From Octopus sinensis (Eukaryota): a DNA stretch of 64,000 nt. Under the pieces are notes generated by a model, which saw only the letters and a list, made by a program, of their open reading frames with translations, searched no databases and had not been told where the DNA came from. A program made the translations under genes and the position numbers. Below, piece by piece: positions 13,287-26,235 of the stretch. The stretch covers positions 95,728,001 to 95,792,000 of the forward strand of contig NC_043006.1 in NCBI RefSeq assembly GCF_006345805.1. Direction: 5' to 3'. Every line of letters starts with the position of its first letter. The first letter of the stretch is position 1.

Positions 13287-15233
13287 CTAGGCGGTGTTCG
13301 GGTACTAAATACTCGGCGATGGTCTTAATAGGTTCTACATATATTTTTTTTCGTTTTACATCTCTGAATATTTTTGGCGTTAAGTTGCAAACATTAACAT
13401 TGAGGAAGAAGTGATTTTCCCACATACCATAAATAAAGTATTAACAACAGGGGGGGAAAGCCTTGGAGAAGCCACAAGAGCATCGCATGGAGGGGGGGCA
13501 ACAATTGTATGCAAAGTGTCCCTAAAGGGGCTGTATTATTGTTCTCACAATAGCTCCAAAAAGGATTATTGACCGTTCACAGGTATAAACGTAAATTTTC
13601 TTTCACATGAAAAGCAGTGGGTGCAATGATGCCAAAACTCAAGCCATCTGCAAGGAGATTGAGAAGCTGTAGTGGACAAAATAAAAAAAAAAAGACTTAC
13701 GAAAAACCGATAATTTTGAAAGAATGGCAACAAGAGTACTTGCCCACGAAAAGCCGGTTTGGTTGGGAAGCTGCGACTTGTTGGACGACCTACTGCACCT
13801 AACAGTAGACGACAATTTTCGTTTTGGCTTTCGGGGCGATCATGAAAAGGTTTGTTTTTTTTGCATCCGACTCTTGAGCATCCAACGTATAATTGTTCAT
13901 GCGAGAAGCATGGTTGGCCTAAATGTTGGCTTGTCGTTGTTAGTGTTTCGCCTTGGGACTTGTTGATGGACATGGCAAAGCAAAGTGAAGAGGGAACTGA
14001 AGTCGACGCAAGGGACAGAGGCATAGATTATCTGATTATCCTGGGTATGAAGACGTCTTCGATGCCGCAACCCGAAAGAATTGTGGATTCAATAACCTGA
14101 GGTAGCACATTTTTTACCACTAACCAGACGTGATGGCTCCAGGTTCTTCATCAGCATGACCGGAGCTCCAATTTTGAGATGCAGTCGAGAAGGCGGTAGT
14201 TCGGAGGGATGCGAGCAATTGAGGAATTCTGTGGGAAAATTAACGACCTCTGCTTGGTCCACAACAGTGTAGTTAGACTTGTAGGTGTGAAGGTTTCCAG
14301 GAAGGCTTTGCAGCCTGTCTTCATTAAGTTTCGCAACAAATGTGTTTTTGGGAGCTAAGATAGCTCTTTCGCACAGCCGATTCAGGTTTTGGTAGTTTAT
14401 GTGCAGATCGGGAAAAACAGTTGTCGTAAGGTCATCAAGAGTGCCCACAGATGTGCCTACGTGGAAGTTGTGTGATCACCAACGGCGAGAAGCTGCTTGG
14501 AGAAGTCACCCGATAAGTTGTCGCTGAAACAAAAATGAGGATTTAAGGGCAAAAAATGTTGGTGATACGAGAATGAATTCTGTGCACATCGGAGTCTCTT
14601 AACGTTCTCCTTAGGATGAGTAAATATTGTGTAAAGTTTGAACACAATCCACCGAAGCAGTGAGAGGTTTATGAAGCTTTAAAGGGGAAAAATGTATAAA
14701 AATCGATTTTCACAGTTTTTCGCGGGTTTTGGTCCCACAGGGATGCCTTTGGACATAAAACAAATGTCTGATAGAACCGCCGTTATGTGTTGGTTTTTAG
14801 CCGTAAAAATCAAGGAAATCGGACTTTCCAGTAAAAAGTTTTCTACCATGTAACTTTGCAAAAACGCGAAAAATCGGTTTTTTCGAAGTTTTACGCAATT
14901 TTCTTGTGAATTTGAGGCCCCAAGACAGGGCAAAAATATTTGTCACAAATGTCGCAAAAGGACGATCGCTTTGACACCAAAATTATAAAAATCGTACATT
15001 CCTGTAACTTTTCTGGCGTGCAAAGTTTGCCTTGTTTTGCAAAAACTTGGACGTCCCTTCAGTATTATCGATTTTTCTCCTAGAAGGGGGCATCTCAAGG
15101 CATCAGTAATGCAGCAGTGACCTTCATGGATAAATTTGCCATTTAATAAAAAAACATTTCATCAAAATCCGAAGAAAAATGTGGAAACGCATAAAAGCAC
15201 ACACATACACACAGACATTTTATGTTTTATAGA
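13287..15233 (-). mobile_element. Non-autonomous Helitron with both termini
   Basis: Minus strand begins A|TCTATAAAAC at 15233 and ends with a hairpin (forward cgggta-ctaaa-tactcg) plus CTAG|T at 13287, with an AT target and no TSD. Contains a PIF1 helicase remnant. Confidence 0.9.
13800..14530 (-). pseudogene. Helitron RepHel PIF1-helicase C-terminal fragment
   Basis: RAILAPKN, FPTEFLN, LKIGAPVMLMKNL, FAMSINKSQG, CFSHEQLYVGCSRV; frameshifted. Confidence 0.92.
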
Positions 15234-15572
15234 TATATATGACAGGATCTCTGACAGCTGTTTCGATACAGAATCTTTAGATATTTAATTTCTAAAATTA
15301 ATGTCATTATAAGATGAATCACTTCATAGCGGTTCTCTCAAAATCTATTTCTAATCTGTATATCCTTATTACCTCTGAAGAGATACATCTTATAATGATT
15401 TCAATTTTATAAATTAATTATCTAAAGATTTCTGAATCGAAACAGCTGTTTTATAATTAATAAATAATTTTATTAATTACCTTTCCATTTTCTCATTATT
15501 TATTCTCTCTCTCTTTCTCTTTCTCTATACATACGTACATATATATTATATATATACATATTATATATATAT

Positions 15573-15617
<45 letters not shown>

Positions 15618-15646
15618 CACACACACATAAATATATATATATATGT

Positions 15647-15690
<44 letters not shown>

Positions 15691-17329
15691 GTATTTGTCA
15701 TTGGGTCTGTCCTCCCACCATCACTTGACAACCGATGTTGGTGTGTTTTCGACCCTGTAAGTTAGCGGTAAAAGTTACCACCAGAATAAATGCCAGGCTT
15801 ACAAATAATAACACCTGGCTTCTATTTCTTCGACTGAAATCCTTTAAGACGGTGCTACAGCATGGCCGTAGTCACATGAATGAAACACGTAAAAGAATAA
15901 AAGAATATATATACATATATATATATATACATACATATATATCTACATATACATATATATATATACACATATAAAACACACACACACACACATATATTTA
16001 TGTATATATGTTTGTATATATATATATATATATGAGTAGTGCAGGTGCTAGAAATAATACAGCAGAAGTAATTAATTATTATGGTATTGATAATGTTGGT
16101 TGTGTGTTTTATTCAGTGTTCATGTGAGTGATAATATTGCTTTTAACCAGAGTGTGTGCTTAAGTAGTTGTAGCTGTCTTCATAATAGTGCTGATATTGA
16201 CCTGTTCGTCTGTAATAATGTATAATGTATGATGACGATATGTGTATACATACCTACCTCTACGTTGGCTTGCGTGTGTAAAATATAGGATAGATAGGTA
16301 GATATTTATACATGGGTGTGTGTGTGTGTGTGTATACATGTGTGTGTATGTACGAATATACACATATATGTGTATATATACATATATCTATGTATATATA
16401 TATATGTGTGTTTGTATGAATATATACATATGTGTGTGAGTATATGTTTTTATATATATATATATATGTATATGTGCGTGCTTGTATGTACACACGCGTG
16501 TGTGTGCCTGTGTGTATGTGTGTGTGCATAATTATATGTATGTTACGTATCTTATTTTCCATTTATTTATTCGTATGCTTATATAGAATTATAAATATAA
16601 ACAATAGGTGCGTGTGCATATATGCCTGTAAATAAATAAAGAGATATATGAATACACACACACACACACACATATATATACATATATATATATGTACATA
16701 TATATGTATATATATATATATATATACACACACATATATATATAAATATACATACACGTATACATATATACACACATATACATACATAAATAGATATATA
16801 TATATACACATCTACGTATGTATGTATATGCAAACTCATGAACACGTGTTTTATATGTATGTATGTGTGTATGTACGTATGTATGCATATACGCAGGCGC
16901 ACACACACACAAACAGACACACAAATACCCACACAGAAACACAACACACATATATATCTAGGTGTTTGTGAATACACATATACGTCTATGTATGTATGTA
17001 TGTATGTATGTATGTATGTATGTATGTATGTATGTATGTATGTATGTATGTATGTGTGTGTGTCGTTAGTACATTGTTTCCACTAAAACCCAATCTCTTC
17101 CAGTTGATGAAAAACCTAATCACTTACTAATTCCGCTCCATCACACCAACACCAACGTCAACATTCTCTCCAAATTCTACCGTTCCCCTTATTTTATAGT
17201 ACTTTTCCTCTCTTTTTATATCTCTCTCCCGCTATCTCTCTCTCCCTCTTTCTTTCTTTCTCTCTCTCGCTCTCTCTCTCTCTCTGATATACAATCTCTC
17301 TATCATATCCTCCTTTGTATTATAATCTC

Positions 17330-17380
17330 TAGACAGACAGGTAGATAGATACACAAACCGAGAGACAGATTGATATACAC

Positions 17381-17464
<84 letters not shown>

Positions 17465-17465
17465 G

Positions 17466-17552
<87 letters not shown>

Positions 17553-17615
17553 ATAGATATAGATGATAGATAGATAGATTGACAGATAGAGAGATAGACA
17601 GACAGATAGGCAGAC

Positions 17616-17679
<64 letters not shown>

Positions 17680-17715
17680 TGACAGATAGAGAGATAGACA
17701 GACAGATAGGCAGAC

Positions 17716-17790
<75 letters not shown>
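17330..17790. repeat. Long (GATA)n/(GACA)n array with an internal higher-order duplication
   Basis: The block gattgacagatagagagatagacagacagataggcagaca occurs twice, near 17577 and 17677. Confidence 0.95.
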
Positions 17791-17791
<1 letters not shown>

Positions 17792-18263
17792 TTGTGATTG
17801 TGTGCGTGTATATACTAATGTATTTCTGCCGCTATCTCCTTCTCTTTGCATCTCATTCCTTCTCTCTCTCTCATCTCCTCTCTTCCTGTCTCCCTCGAAC
17901 CTCTTGCCTCTTCCCTCTTTTTCTTCCCTCGCTGCATCATATGACGTCATTTAATCCTTACTCCTGTCTCTATCTTCGACACCTTCAGTCATTCTCTCTA
18001 ACTTACATACTCACACATTCTCCCTCTCTCTCTCTCTCTCTCCCTCTCACACACTTATGTATCATTTCCATTAACTTCTCAACACGTGTACGCATTCCTA
18101 TATGCACATCTACGTCACATCCCTTCACAAGCACACGCATGCGCATGCACACAGGTACAGACGCAAACATCCCAGAAACACATATACGAAATTCCTAAAA
18201 GAAACATAACACAGAATTGTACATAAACTATCACACGCACACACATCCACACACACACAGATC

Positions 18264-18294
<31 letters not shown>

Positions 18295-18416
18295 ACATAC
18301 AAATGGATTCATGCACACGGTTACATTAAAACAACGCATTCAGTTATACAACCATACACCAGATACACATGTTGCTTAGCTACATAGGTACGTCATACAT
18401 GCCTAAATACATTCAC

Positions 18417-18465
<49 letters not shown>

Positions 18466-18519
18466 CGTGCGTGTGTGTATGTGTGTACACGCACATATAT
18501 ACATATATTCTTTTGTTCG

Positions 18520-18728
18520 TTTACTTGTTTCAGTCATTTGATTGTGGACATGTTGGAGCACCACCTTTACTCTAACAAACTGACCCTAGCACTTATTTTT
18601 TGTAAGCCTAGTACCTATTGTGTCGGGGTCTATTACAGAACCGCTAATTGACGGGGACATACACACACCAGTAACGGTTGTGAAGCGATGGTGTAGTTGA
18701 CAAATACAGTTAAACACACACACACACA

Positions 18729-18766
<38 letters not shown>

Positions 18767-18922
18767 TATATACATACACACACACAACCGGCTTCTTTCA
18801 GTTTCCGTCTACCAAATCCACTCACAAGGCTTTGGTTGACCCGAGGCTATAGTAGAAGACACTTGCCCAAGATGCCACGTACTGGGACTGAACCCGGAAC
18901 CATGTGGTTGCTAAGCAAGCAC
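18520..18922 (-). mobile_element. Family A SINE, near full length
   Basis: Reverse complement of head, CORE-like segment, internal (CA)n and tail. Confidence 0.85.
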
Positions 18923-19252
18923 CTTGAATACATACATACATACATACATACATACATACATACATTGTATATACCGGCGTATAAATATGTCAACAAATAC
19001 ACATTATAGAAACATACATACCTCGTAAGTTTATATCACATGCATATATGATCATCTACATACATAATTACTTACGCATTTATACGCATGCAACCATATT
19101 GTCTACAAACCTCAACCTTGTTTCGTTCTATATGCTTTGTTTCTATGCACACAACCCACGCCCACATTGTAAGTCAATACTGGGGCAGACTACCTTCCTC
19201 ACACGCATATCATGTTTCGATATATATTGTAGTGGTCAATCAAATATATATA

Positions 19253-19380
19253 CAGGGTGTCCCCAAAAAATGTATACACATAGTGGTTCGGCAAAATAGA
19301 ACGATAGAATAAGTACTAGGCTTACAAAGAATAACAAATTTACAATTATTTAAGGTGTGTATACATTTTTTGGGACCCTG
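19253..19380. mobile_element. 128-bp Tc1-type MITE with TA TSD
   Basis: TA|CAGGGTGTCCCCAAAAAATGTATACAC ... GTGTATACATTTTTTGGGACCCTG|TA. Confidence 0.85.
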
Positions 19381-19405
19381 TATATATATACATACATACA
19401 TACAC

Positions 19406-19450
<45 letters not shown>

Positions 19451-19741
19451 ATATATATATCTAGCAGGTTTGACACGATTATTTGGCTTTTAGGGGTCCT
19501 AGGATGGGTCATCACTATTCCAGGTTTCCGAGTGTTTGAGGATACGGTAATCTCTCCCTTCTACAAATATCCTGGTCCCAAAGAGACACACATATAAATA
19601 TATGTCTCAAAACATACATGATCACATATCTTTCTCTATCTCTCCCTTTCTCTCTCTCATTCTCTCTCTTTTCTTCCGTATAAACATATATGTGTGGTGT
19701 CTGTGTCTGTGCCTTTCGGTTGTAAACTGCGATTAGCCGCC

Positions 19742-19796
<55 letters not shown>

Positions 19797-20009
19797 CGTA
19801 TTTACATATATATAGGTGATTATGCCAATGTATATATATAAAGAGAGAGAACGCACACACGCACACCACACATATTATGTATACATGCACATACACCCAT
19901 GGTATCACACTCACTTTTACGTCAGGAAGCGGGACAACTTTACATATTGTACATTCTCACAAATATATAAACACACACACACACACACACATATATATAT
20001 TATATATAG

Positions 20010-20093
<84 letters not shown>

Positions 20094-20133
20094 CAAAGTG
20101 GAGTTGTAAGGTACCGCGCGATGGAATTATATA

Positions 20134-20608
20134 CGAAAGAATGTTTGAAAATGCAATTTTAAAAGATGTTTATTTACTTTACCGGTTTCACTCTTTAGAA
20201 AAAGTTGTAGAAAAATATTGGTATACACGCACAGAATATTATGTGTTCAAAAAAGTTTATATTATTGTAGTAGGCAAGTTCAAACTCACCTGGTCCACCG
20301 TGTATACCAATATTCAACTGAACATTTTAATAATTCCTTCTGGAAACTATCTTTAACATTTTCTTGAGAATGTATATATATGTTGTAATCTTTTGTGACC
20401 AATATTTTAATGAACTTGTTAAACTTTTTTATGTTCCTAACATGTTCTTGTTACCAAAACATGTATATATGTATTGTAGCATTTTGTGACCACCAATATT
20501 TAACGCAACCAAACTTCTACATGTTACATTTGGCAATTTTTTTCTAAAGAGTGAAACCGGTAAAGTAAATAAATATCTTTTAAAATTGCATTTTCAAACC
20601 TTCCTTCG
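20134..20608. mobile_element. mariner-type MITE with about 75-bp TIRs and TA TSD
   Basis: TA|CGAAAGAATGTTTGAAAATGCAATTTTAAAAGAT... is matched by ...ATCTTTTAAAATTGCATTTTCAAACCTTCCTTCG|TA. Confidence 0.88.
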
Positions 20609-20665
20609 TATATATATATATATATATATATACATACATATATATATATATAATCTGTGTGGATG

Positions 20666-20742
<77 letters not shown>

Positions 20743-20840
20743 CATACATATATATATGTGTGTGTATGTATGTATATATATATATATTATATATACATAC
20801 ATATTATATATATATGGTTGCGTATGTATTATATATATAT

Positions 20841-20876
<36 letters not shown>

Positions 20877-20974
20877 GTATATATATATATACGGGCTCAA
20901 ACACGCATGCACACAGACACACACACACAGGCAACGAACACAAAGCACACACAAATAATCAGGCCCTTTATGTT

Positions 20975-21135
20975 CTGAGTTCAAGTCTCTAAGTATAAAG
21001 GTAGAGGAACATCGCAAAGCGGTGACACGGGGAGATATTGATAAATCGGGTACAGCTGATCATGTATGGAAAAATGGAGACCCCCCAGCCTGCTGTAGGA
21101 TGGAGTTAAAATAATAGAGAACACCACTGGCATCG
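20975..21135 (+). mobile_element. Penelope-like element GIY-YIG endonuclease C-terminal fragment
   Basis: IKVEEHRKAVTRGDIDKSGTADHVWKNG...VKII fits the PLE EH...S..A.H...VKI pattern. Confidence 0.6.
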
Positions 21136-21603
21136 TTAACATGGATTGACCAATCTTCTAGATATCCAAAATTGGTCCAATTACTCTTTTCCGTCTCCCC
21201 CTCACTTACTCTCCCTAATCTCTCCCTTCCCTTACTCTTGCTTCTCTCTCCCCCTCCCTTACTCTCTTTTTCCTCTTTCCTTACTCTCTCTCTTCTCTCT
21301 CTCCCCTTCGCTTACTGTCCCTTACCTTCTCCCCTTCCCTATCTTTCTCCCCTTCCATTACCCTCTCGTCTCTCTCTCCCCATTTCTTTCTCTTTCTTTT
21401 TCCTCTCTCCCCATACCTCGCTCACCTTCTCTCTCTCTCTACTTCCATTGCTCTCCCTTCTCTCTCTCCTTTTCCCTTACTCTCATATCATGTTGCACAC
21501 GAAGTTCTAAATGGCGGCGTGGTCATATAATGAACGCTTTTTTCGCTGGTCTAATCAACGTACGTATATTATAATATATATATATAATAATTATATATAT
21601 ATA

Positions 21604-21641
<38 letters not shown>

Positions 21642-22189
21642 ATATAAAAAACAAGCGACTACAAAAATCCGAACAGTTAGACTATACAAAAAAAGAATAG
21701 GTAAAAACAAGGATGGGTCATTCGATTTTTCTATCGTCAGTCGTTGCAGTTTCGGCCGGTTACACTCGCGACTGCTCCAATCTGGCCGGTCCCAATAAAA
21801 TCTCAGCTAAGAGCACTAGATTTTTTAGAAGAAAGCAAGCGAATGTTTACGAAACCAAGGCCGACAAAAACGAAGAAATGGTACACAATTACAAATACAA
21901 ACAACAGGTATCTTTCGACTAAGGACGAATTAATTTACCTGGTGTCTATGAAAGAGAAACCTTATGATAGCCATAGGACAGAATAAAAGAGATACTACAC
22001 GACTGGTAGTCGAACCAAGAAAGAAAGATCAAGCTTGGCGGAACACCTGTCACGTGGAAAGAAAGGAGAGAAAGGGGATTAAAGAATTAGGGAGGGAAAA
22101 GAAAGGGAGAAAAAGAAAAGCGGAAAGAACGAAGAGTGTGTGAAGGGGGCTGAAAGATGAGTAAAAGAGTCGTACAGAATTTATATATG

Positions 22190-22230
<41 letters not shown>

Positions 22231-22310
22231 ATATATACATATACATATATATATTATATATATATATATATGTGTGTGTGTATATACATATACATATATA
22301 CATATGTATA

Positions 22311-22366
<56 letters not shown>

Positions 22367-22423
22367 ATATATTACACACATATACATGTAATACATACAT
22401 ATATATACATGATATATACATAC

Positions 22424-22510
<87 letters not shown>

Positions 22511-22521
22511 CTAATACAATA

Positions 22522-22553
<32 letters not shown>

Positions 22554-22699
22554 GAGAGAGAAAGGTGAGTGAGAGACTGACGGATACGTGGATAAATAGA
22601 TATAGACATACACACGCACACACATATATACATATTTATTCACTTTTATAAGTCTAAATATATTTATATGTACTCATATGCATAGATAAATAATTAGAT

Positions 22700-22755
22700 C
22701 GACAGACAAGCAGAAAGACAGACAGACAGACAGATAGATAGATAGATAGATAGAC

Positions 22756-22830
<75 letters not shown>

Positions 22831-22840
22831 GATAGATAGG
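22700..22840. repeat. (GACA)n/(GATA)n microsatellite
   Basis: Read directly. Confidence 0.97.
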
Positions 22841-23194
22841 ATGAGCAGGTAAGCAAATACGCAGATGGATGGAGCTCATGAGTTCACATAGAATTTTTCG
22901 TGAATGAACACTGAAGATCAGCGAAGCTGGCATATTGCATTTAAAATTGCAGGAAAAGAAATTTTAAATCATTATAAAGACCTTCTTAGCAATGAGAACG
23001 ATCCGAAGATTTTAATTCATTTGAATTAATAGTAATTAAAAGCAGATTACAATGAGATATGGATCCGATCTTTAGGATCCGAGAAAAGACTGTGGAATTG
23101 TTTCTGTCTTATTCAACCTCGTTAGCGAAGTATATTTTATCCGTTCTTTTTTCATTGTTCCGGTCTTTATAAACCTGTTTTAATCGCTCCCTCG

Positions 23195-23350
23195 TTCACT
23201 CACTAACTGACTCACTCACCCACTCACACACTCACTCACTCACTCACTCACTCACTCACTTACTCACTCATCACTCACTCACTCATTTACTCACTCACTC
23301 ATTCACTCACTCACTCACTCACTCACTCACTCACTCACTCATTCATTCAT
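23195..23350. repeat. (TCAC)n microsatellite
   Basis: Read directly. Confidence 0.97.
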
Positions 23351-23437
23351 TGTTCTTCCTGTTTCTTACTCTAACTTGCTCTCCCTTGCGCTTTCGCAAC
23401 GCTTTAGTGTTTTCTATTATGTTTGTCAGGTATCTCT

Positions 23438-23475
<38 letters not shown>

Positions 23476-23774
23476 CACACACACACACACCACACACACA
23501 CACACACATCCAGTTAATCATACTTAGGCTCTCTGTTTTCTTCACATTTTTTCTTCCCCTCTCTCTTTCTCTCTCTATCTATCTATCTTTCACTCTGCCA
23601 CCTCCTATCCTTCACTCTCATTCTATCTTTTATCTTCTTCTCTCGCAAATATCTCTTTCATCTTTATCATCAAATACTACTTTCTATTTCTTTACGTAAT
23701 TATAAAAAAATGTTCTTTCTATTTTCCAAACGCGCAGAGAGACACACGCTCGCACATGCGTGCGCCTAAATAGT

Positions 23775-23820
<46 letters not shown>

Positions 23821-23992
23821 TATATGTGTGTATGTATGCGTGCGTGTATTTACGATTATGCGTGTTTGTGTATACATAACACATAAACATAGCCATATAC
23901 ACATTTATGCATATATATATATTCACACATGCTAAATATATATATAGATTTACATATATATTTCCACACACATTCACACACACACAGTTATA

Positions 23993-24077
<85 letters not shown>

Positions 24078-24203
24078 AGAAAGCATCTCTTCATTTTCTT
24101 ATCTAAAATTGAACTGCTACTTATTAAAATCAGCGCCACTAAGGACGCTAAAACACCCAAACCACAGAACTCACCACACGAACTCACATCCCGCTACACT
24201 CAC

Positions 24204-24630
24204 CGACTGGAACATCAACAGCTTTCTCATAATCAGCAACAACAACAACAACAACGGCCACCATTGCCAAACAATAATTACTCGGGTTAAATAATAATAT
24301 TATCTAAGATGTCGCTTATTGAAATTGCACTGAGCTGACCTTCTCTTTCATCGCTTCTTTATCTTGACATTACGCGTCTTCAACAATGATAGGTGTTCAC
24401 GCCGTTGATGGAAGCTTCTTTCGTTTTCTGGCCCGCTGAGAATTCAAGCGAAGATTTTCAAGTTTTAATGGAAAGGCAGAAATGTCCAAGAGTTAAATAT
24501 GCCCGGAATCGCCGCCACACTTATAATGGTATCCAATTATTTAAGAACTGAGGACATTAATAACTCCTGCCGCCTGCTCCTTGTGTATTGTAGTAAATGA
24601 AAGACGCGGATATTGGATTTCTGTTTGACT
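24204..24630 (-). other. Candidate first exon of a minus-strand gene (5'UTR plus a short coding start, MRKLLMFQS or MVAVVVVVVADYEKAVDVPV)
   Basis: CpG-retaining unique sequence ending TCG|GTGAGT (forward actcac 24198-24203). A second strong donor AAG|GTGAGT lies at forward 25111-25116. Confidence 0.3.
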
Positions 24631-24932
24631 TCCCTCTCTCTCTCAGTCTCTCTCTCTCTTTCTGTCTGTCTCGCTTTATCTCTCTCCCTCTCTCTCTTTC
24701 TCTCTCTCTCTTTCTCTCTTTCTCCTGCGCACTCTCTCACTTTCTTGCACTCTACATATATGAGCGCACACATCACATGACCACTCATACGCTTATATAC
24801 ACATACACATATAAACATTCATTTGTGTACGTACACACACACATATATATATTAATATGTATATACATATACATATATAGTAACTAAGTCACTAAGTAAC
24901 TATCAACAAAAACGCAGAAAACACTTGATGAT

Positions 24933-25028
<96 letters not shown>

Positions 25029-25400
25029 ACTGCATCCGACCGAAATCAGCAAAAGCTAGATATAATTTAAGATTCATAAATCTGGAACTGGAAAAGTCTT
25101 TGAAGTACTCACTCACCTTGGTACGCTTAGTACATGTATATATTGCTTAATATTTCATCAGGACAGTGTTTGACATCAATTACTGTCATAAGCGTGGCAT
25201 TAACAAAAACATAAATCACAAACTTTCTCCCATGGATACGAAGCAACGAGGAAGATTTTCTGTGAGGGCAAGAAATATACTTCAAATCTGTTTCGAATAT
25301 AAGCTTATCACATACGCGCGCGGTTTGGTTTGCAAGTAAATAATAAGACTTGGGTTCGATTTGCAAGTAAAATAGTAAAAGAGTAGACGTTAATGCTTTT

Positions 25401-25826
25401 ACATCATTTACATTTGACGGCTATTTGTCCTCATCTTGTTGTTTACTCAACGTTTCGGCTGATATACCCTCCAGCCATCATCAGGCGTCCTGGAGAAATT
25501 TCGAACCTGGGCATATGGCGTAGTGATTAAGAGCGCAGGCTACTAACCTCAGAGTTCCGAGTTCGATTCCAGGCAGTGACCTGAATAATAATAATACTAA
25601 GAAGAAGACGAAGAAGAATAACATAGAAAAACACCTTTGGAATGAGAACCCAGGTTCAAAATTTCCCCAAGATACCTGATGAAGGCTGGAGGATATATCA
25701 ACCGAAATGTGTTAACAACAAACAAGATGAGGACAAATATCCGTCAATTGTAAATAATGCAAATAATGTAAATAATGTACATAATGTACATAATTCCCTA
25801 TCTCTTAAATATAGAACTGTATTATG
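25401..25826 (+). mobile_element. Full-length tRNA-headed, hammerhead-tailed SINE (family D, 25509-25819) preceded by an inverted partial copy (25401-25511); 9-bp TSD
   Basis: Head has A-box TGGCGTAGTGA, anticodon-like arm gcagg-CTACTAA-cctca and B-box GAGTTCGATTCC, then an (AAT)n linker and a CTGATGA-aggctg...ccGAAA motif at 25676. aatgctttt occurs at 25392-25400 and 25827-25835. Confidence 0.85.
25445..25488 (-). ncRNA. Minimal type-I hammerhead ribozyme motif
   Basis: gacgc-CTGATGA-t-ggctg-gagggtatat-cagcc-GAAA-CGTT-gagta. Core and stem II intact, helix I partly mismatched. Confidence 0.75.
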
Positions 25827-26016
25827 AATGCTTTTGTTTGAATGTGCTAATTCGCCGTCTACATAGTCCTAGTAAGACAGGAGGGTCACTTCTGGGATGT
25901 TTCTAATTATAGGTTTACCCGATAGTGTTGGCCATGGGCGAAAAAACAATAATACAACCCTCAACAATGAAGAAAACATCAGCAAATATGATGTGAGAAT
26001 ATTTCTGGTTTACATA

Positions 26017-26235
26017 AGGTGGTGGGAGCTGGCAGAAACGTTAGCACGCCGGGTAAAATGCAGAGCGGTATTTCGTCCTTCTTTCTGTTCTGAGTTCAAA
26101 TTCCGCCGGGGTCGACTTTATTTTTCATTCTTTCATGGTCGATAAAACAAGTACCTGTTGAGGATTGGTGCGATGTAAACCACCTATTCTCTACCCCTAA
26201 ATTTCTGGCCTTGTGCCAAAATTTGAAACCAATAT
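26017..26235 (+). mobile_element. Family B SINE, full length
   Basis: ggtgggagctggcagaaacgttagcacg...gagttcaaattcc...gtcgataaaacaagtacc...ccttgtgccaaaatttgaaacc. Confidence 0.85.

Larger units (their letters stand above)
13200..15515. mobile_element. Penelope-like fold-back element with long-stem-II hammerhead motifs, interrupted by a Helitron
   Basis: Left arm 13200-13286 plus 15234-15330 is the reverse complement of 15370-15515. CTGAAGA at 15375 ... GAAACAGCTGT at 15439. The left arm reads GAAACAGCTGTCAGAG on the minus strand. Confidence 0.65.
12899..15905 (+). mobile_element. Family A SINE split by nested insertions (head 12899-13047, tail 15690-15905)
   Basis: The head ends gaagcccgtcg plus (TA)n. 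The tail resumes tttgtc...cttgacaaccgatg...gcatggccg...gaaacacgtaaaagaataaaagaat. Confidence 0.7.

Noticed and set aside
24323-24345. miR-92-like seed (aattgcact; also tattgcact near 38648)
   Set aside because: Only the seed matches; the rest of the mature sequence and a precursor hairpin are absent.
25509-25582. Possible tRNA gene (anticodon ACT)
   Set aside because: Poor acceptor and T stems and no oligo-T terminator; it is contiguous with the repeat body, so it is a SINE head. The same applies to 563-640.
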